Assembly: GCA_036556385.1 (NCBI GenBank)
Contig: DATBJQ010000090.1
Location: 7,057-71,056 of the forward strand
Length of the DNA stretch: 64,000 nt
Direction: 5' to 3'
Origin: Actinomycetota bacterium
Lineage (GTDB): Bacteria; Actinomycetota; UBA4738; HRBIN12
The translations under genes were made by a program, and so were the position numbers. The notes under the pieces are model-generated. The model made no database searches, was not told the origin of the DNA, and saw nothing but the letters and a program-made list of their open reading frames with translations. This document shows positions 63,683 through 64,000 of the stretch, one piece after another; position 1 is the stretch's first letter; each line of letters opens with the position of its first letter.

Positions 63683-64000
63683 ATGACGTACTCGATCTGC
63701 GAGCCCTGCATCGACGTGAAGGACCGCGCGTGCGTCGACGAATGCCCCGTCGACTGCATCTACGAGGGGCCGCGCATGCTGTACATCCAGCCCGACGAAT
63801 GCGTCGATTGCGGGGCCTGCGAGCCCGCCTGCCCGGTGACCGCGATCTTCTACGAGGACGACGTGCCGGGGGAGTGGAAGCAGTTCAACGCGATCAACGC
63901 GGAGTGGTTCGGCGAGGCGATGTCCGGTATCGGATCTCCCGGTGGCGCGGCCCAGGTGGGGCCCTCGACGGTCGACCACCCGGTCGTCGCCGGCTGGGAC
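63683..64000 (+). CDS. fdxA: 7Fe ferredoxin (FdxA-type [3Fe-4S][4Fe-4S]); 3' end truncated at the window edge
   Basis: 'MTYSICEPCIDVKDRACVDECPVDCIYEG...YIQPDECVDCGACEPACPVTAI' carries both cluster-binding Cys motifs. Confidence 0.8.
   Translation, partial: MTYSICEPCIDVKDRACVDECPVDCIYEGPRMLYIQPDECVDCGACEPACPVTAIFYEDDVPGEWKQFNAINAEWFGEAMSGIGSPGGAAQVGPSTVDHPVVAGWD

Noticed and set aside
1-64000. Window-wide check for CRISPR arrays, IS elements and prophage genes
   Set aside because: No regularly spaced direct repeats with unique spacers were seen. There is no transposase, integrase, recombinase or phage structural gene, and no terminal inverted repeats. The only repeats are the two short tandem duplications and the PHO-box direct repeats.

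Overview
This 64 kb window is a high-GC, gene-dense stretch of an actinobacterial chromosome; the codon usage and gene content look Acidimicrobiia- or Thermoleophilia-like. I found no rRNA, tRNA, CRISPR array, integrase or transposase. Many of the long six-frame ORFs are high-GC antisense artefacts and were not called.

Real content, in order along the window:
- A sulfatase-like membrane protein, truncated at the window start.
- A MarP-like CvpA-trypsin protease.
- A YyaL/DUF255 thioredoxin-domain protein.
- Three tandem LuxR-type response regulators with degenerate receiver domains and no partner kinase.
- A GT-C-like polytopic membrane protein.
- A complete Gram-positive tad/Flp pilus locus (flp, cpaB, cpaE, cpaF, tadB, tadC).
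- A WbaP-like polyprenyl-phosphate sugar phosphotransferase, a tiny secreted protein with a GlyGly-CTERM-like anchor, and a DUF4012-like protein.
- pheA, a PQQ beta-propeller protein, a zinc-ribbon rhomboid protease and a TlpA-like lipoprotein.
- ogt, followed by the conserved actinobacterial SCO1664 family / DUF3090 / histidine-phosphatase cassette.
- A PhoR/SenX3-like kinase, 11-nt GTTCACC direct-repeat PHO boxes, pstSCAB-phoU and an OmpR-family regulator.
- A GNAT acetyltransferase, corA with a coupled small protein, a lytic transglycosylase and ispH.
- A 'split MgtE' module: a tandem MgtE-TM channel, a separate PhoU–TrkA_C regulator and a tandem Lrp-RAM protein.
- alkA, then a cyanophycin module (cphB, cphA) with a translationally coupled DksA/TraR zinc-finger gene.
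- An acyl-CoA dehydrogenase, a TPR–class III nucleotide cyclase, and a thiolase/DUF35 cluster.
- A CphA-like paralog that keeps the N and Mur-ligase domains but lacks the ATP-grasp domain.
- A catabolic block: pterin carbinolamine dehydratase, gabT, acetoacetyl-CoA synthetase, an MFS transporter and two aldehyde dehydrogenases.
- A hydrolase, an LLM (luciferase-like monooxygenase) oxidoreductase and a ferredoxin truncated at the window end.

The most interesting candidates are: the Flp pilus locus bracketed by glycosylation-type genes and the atypical regulators; the split MgtE system; the ATP-grasp-less CphA paralog; the GlyGly-CTERM-like mini-protein; and the perfect short tandem duplications at gene boundaries.
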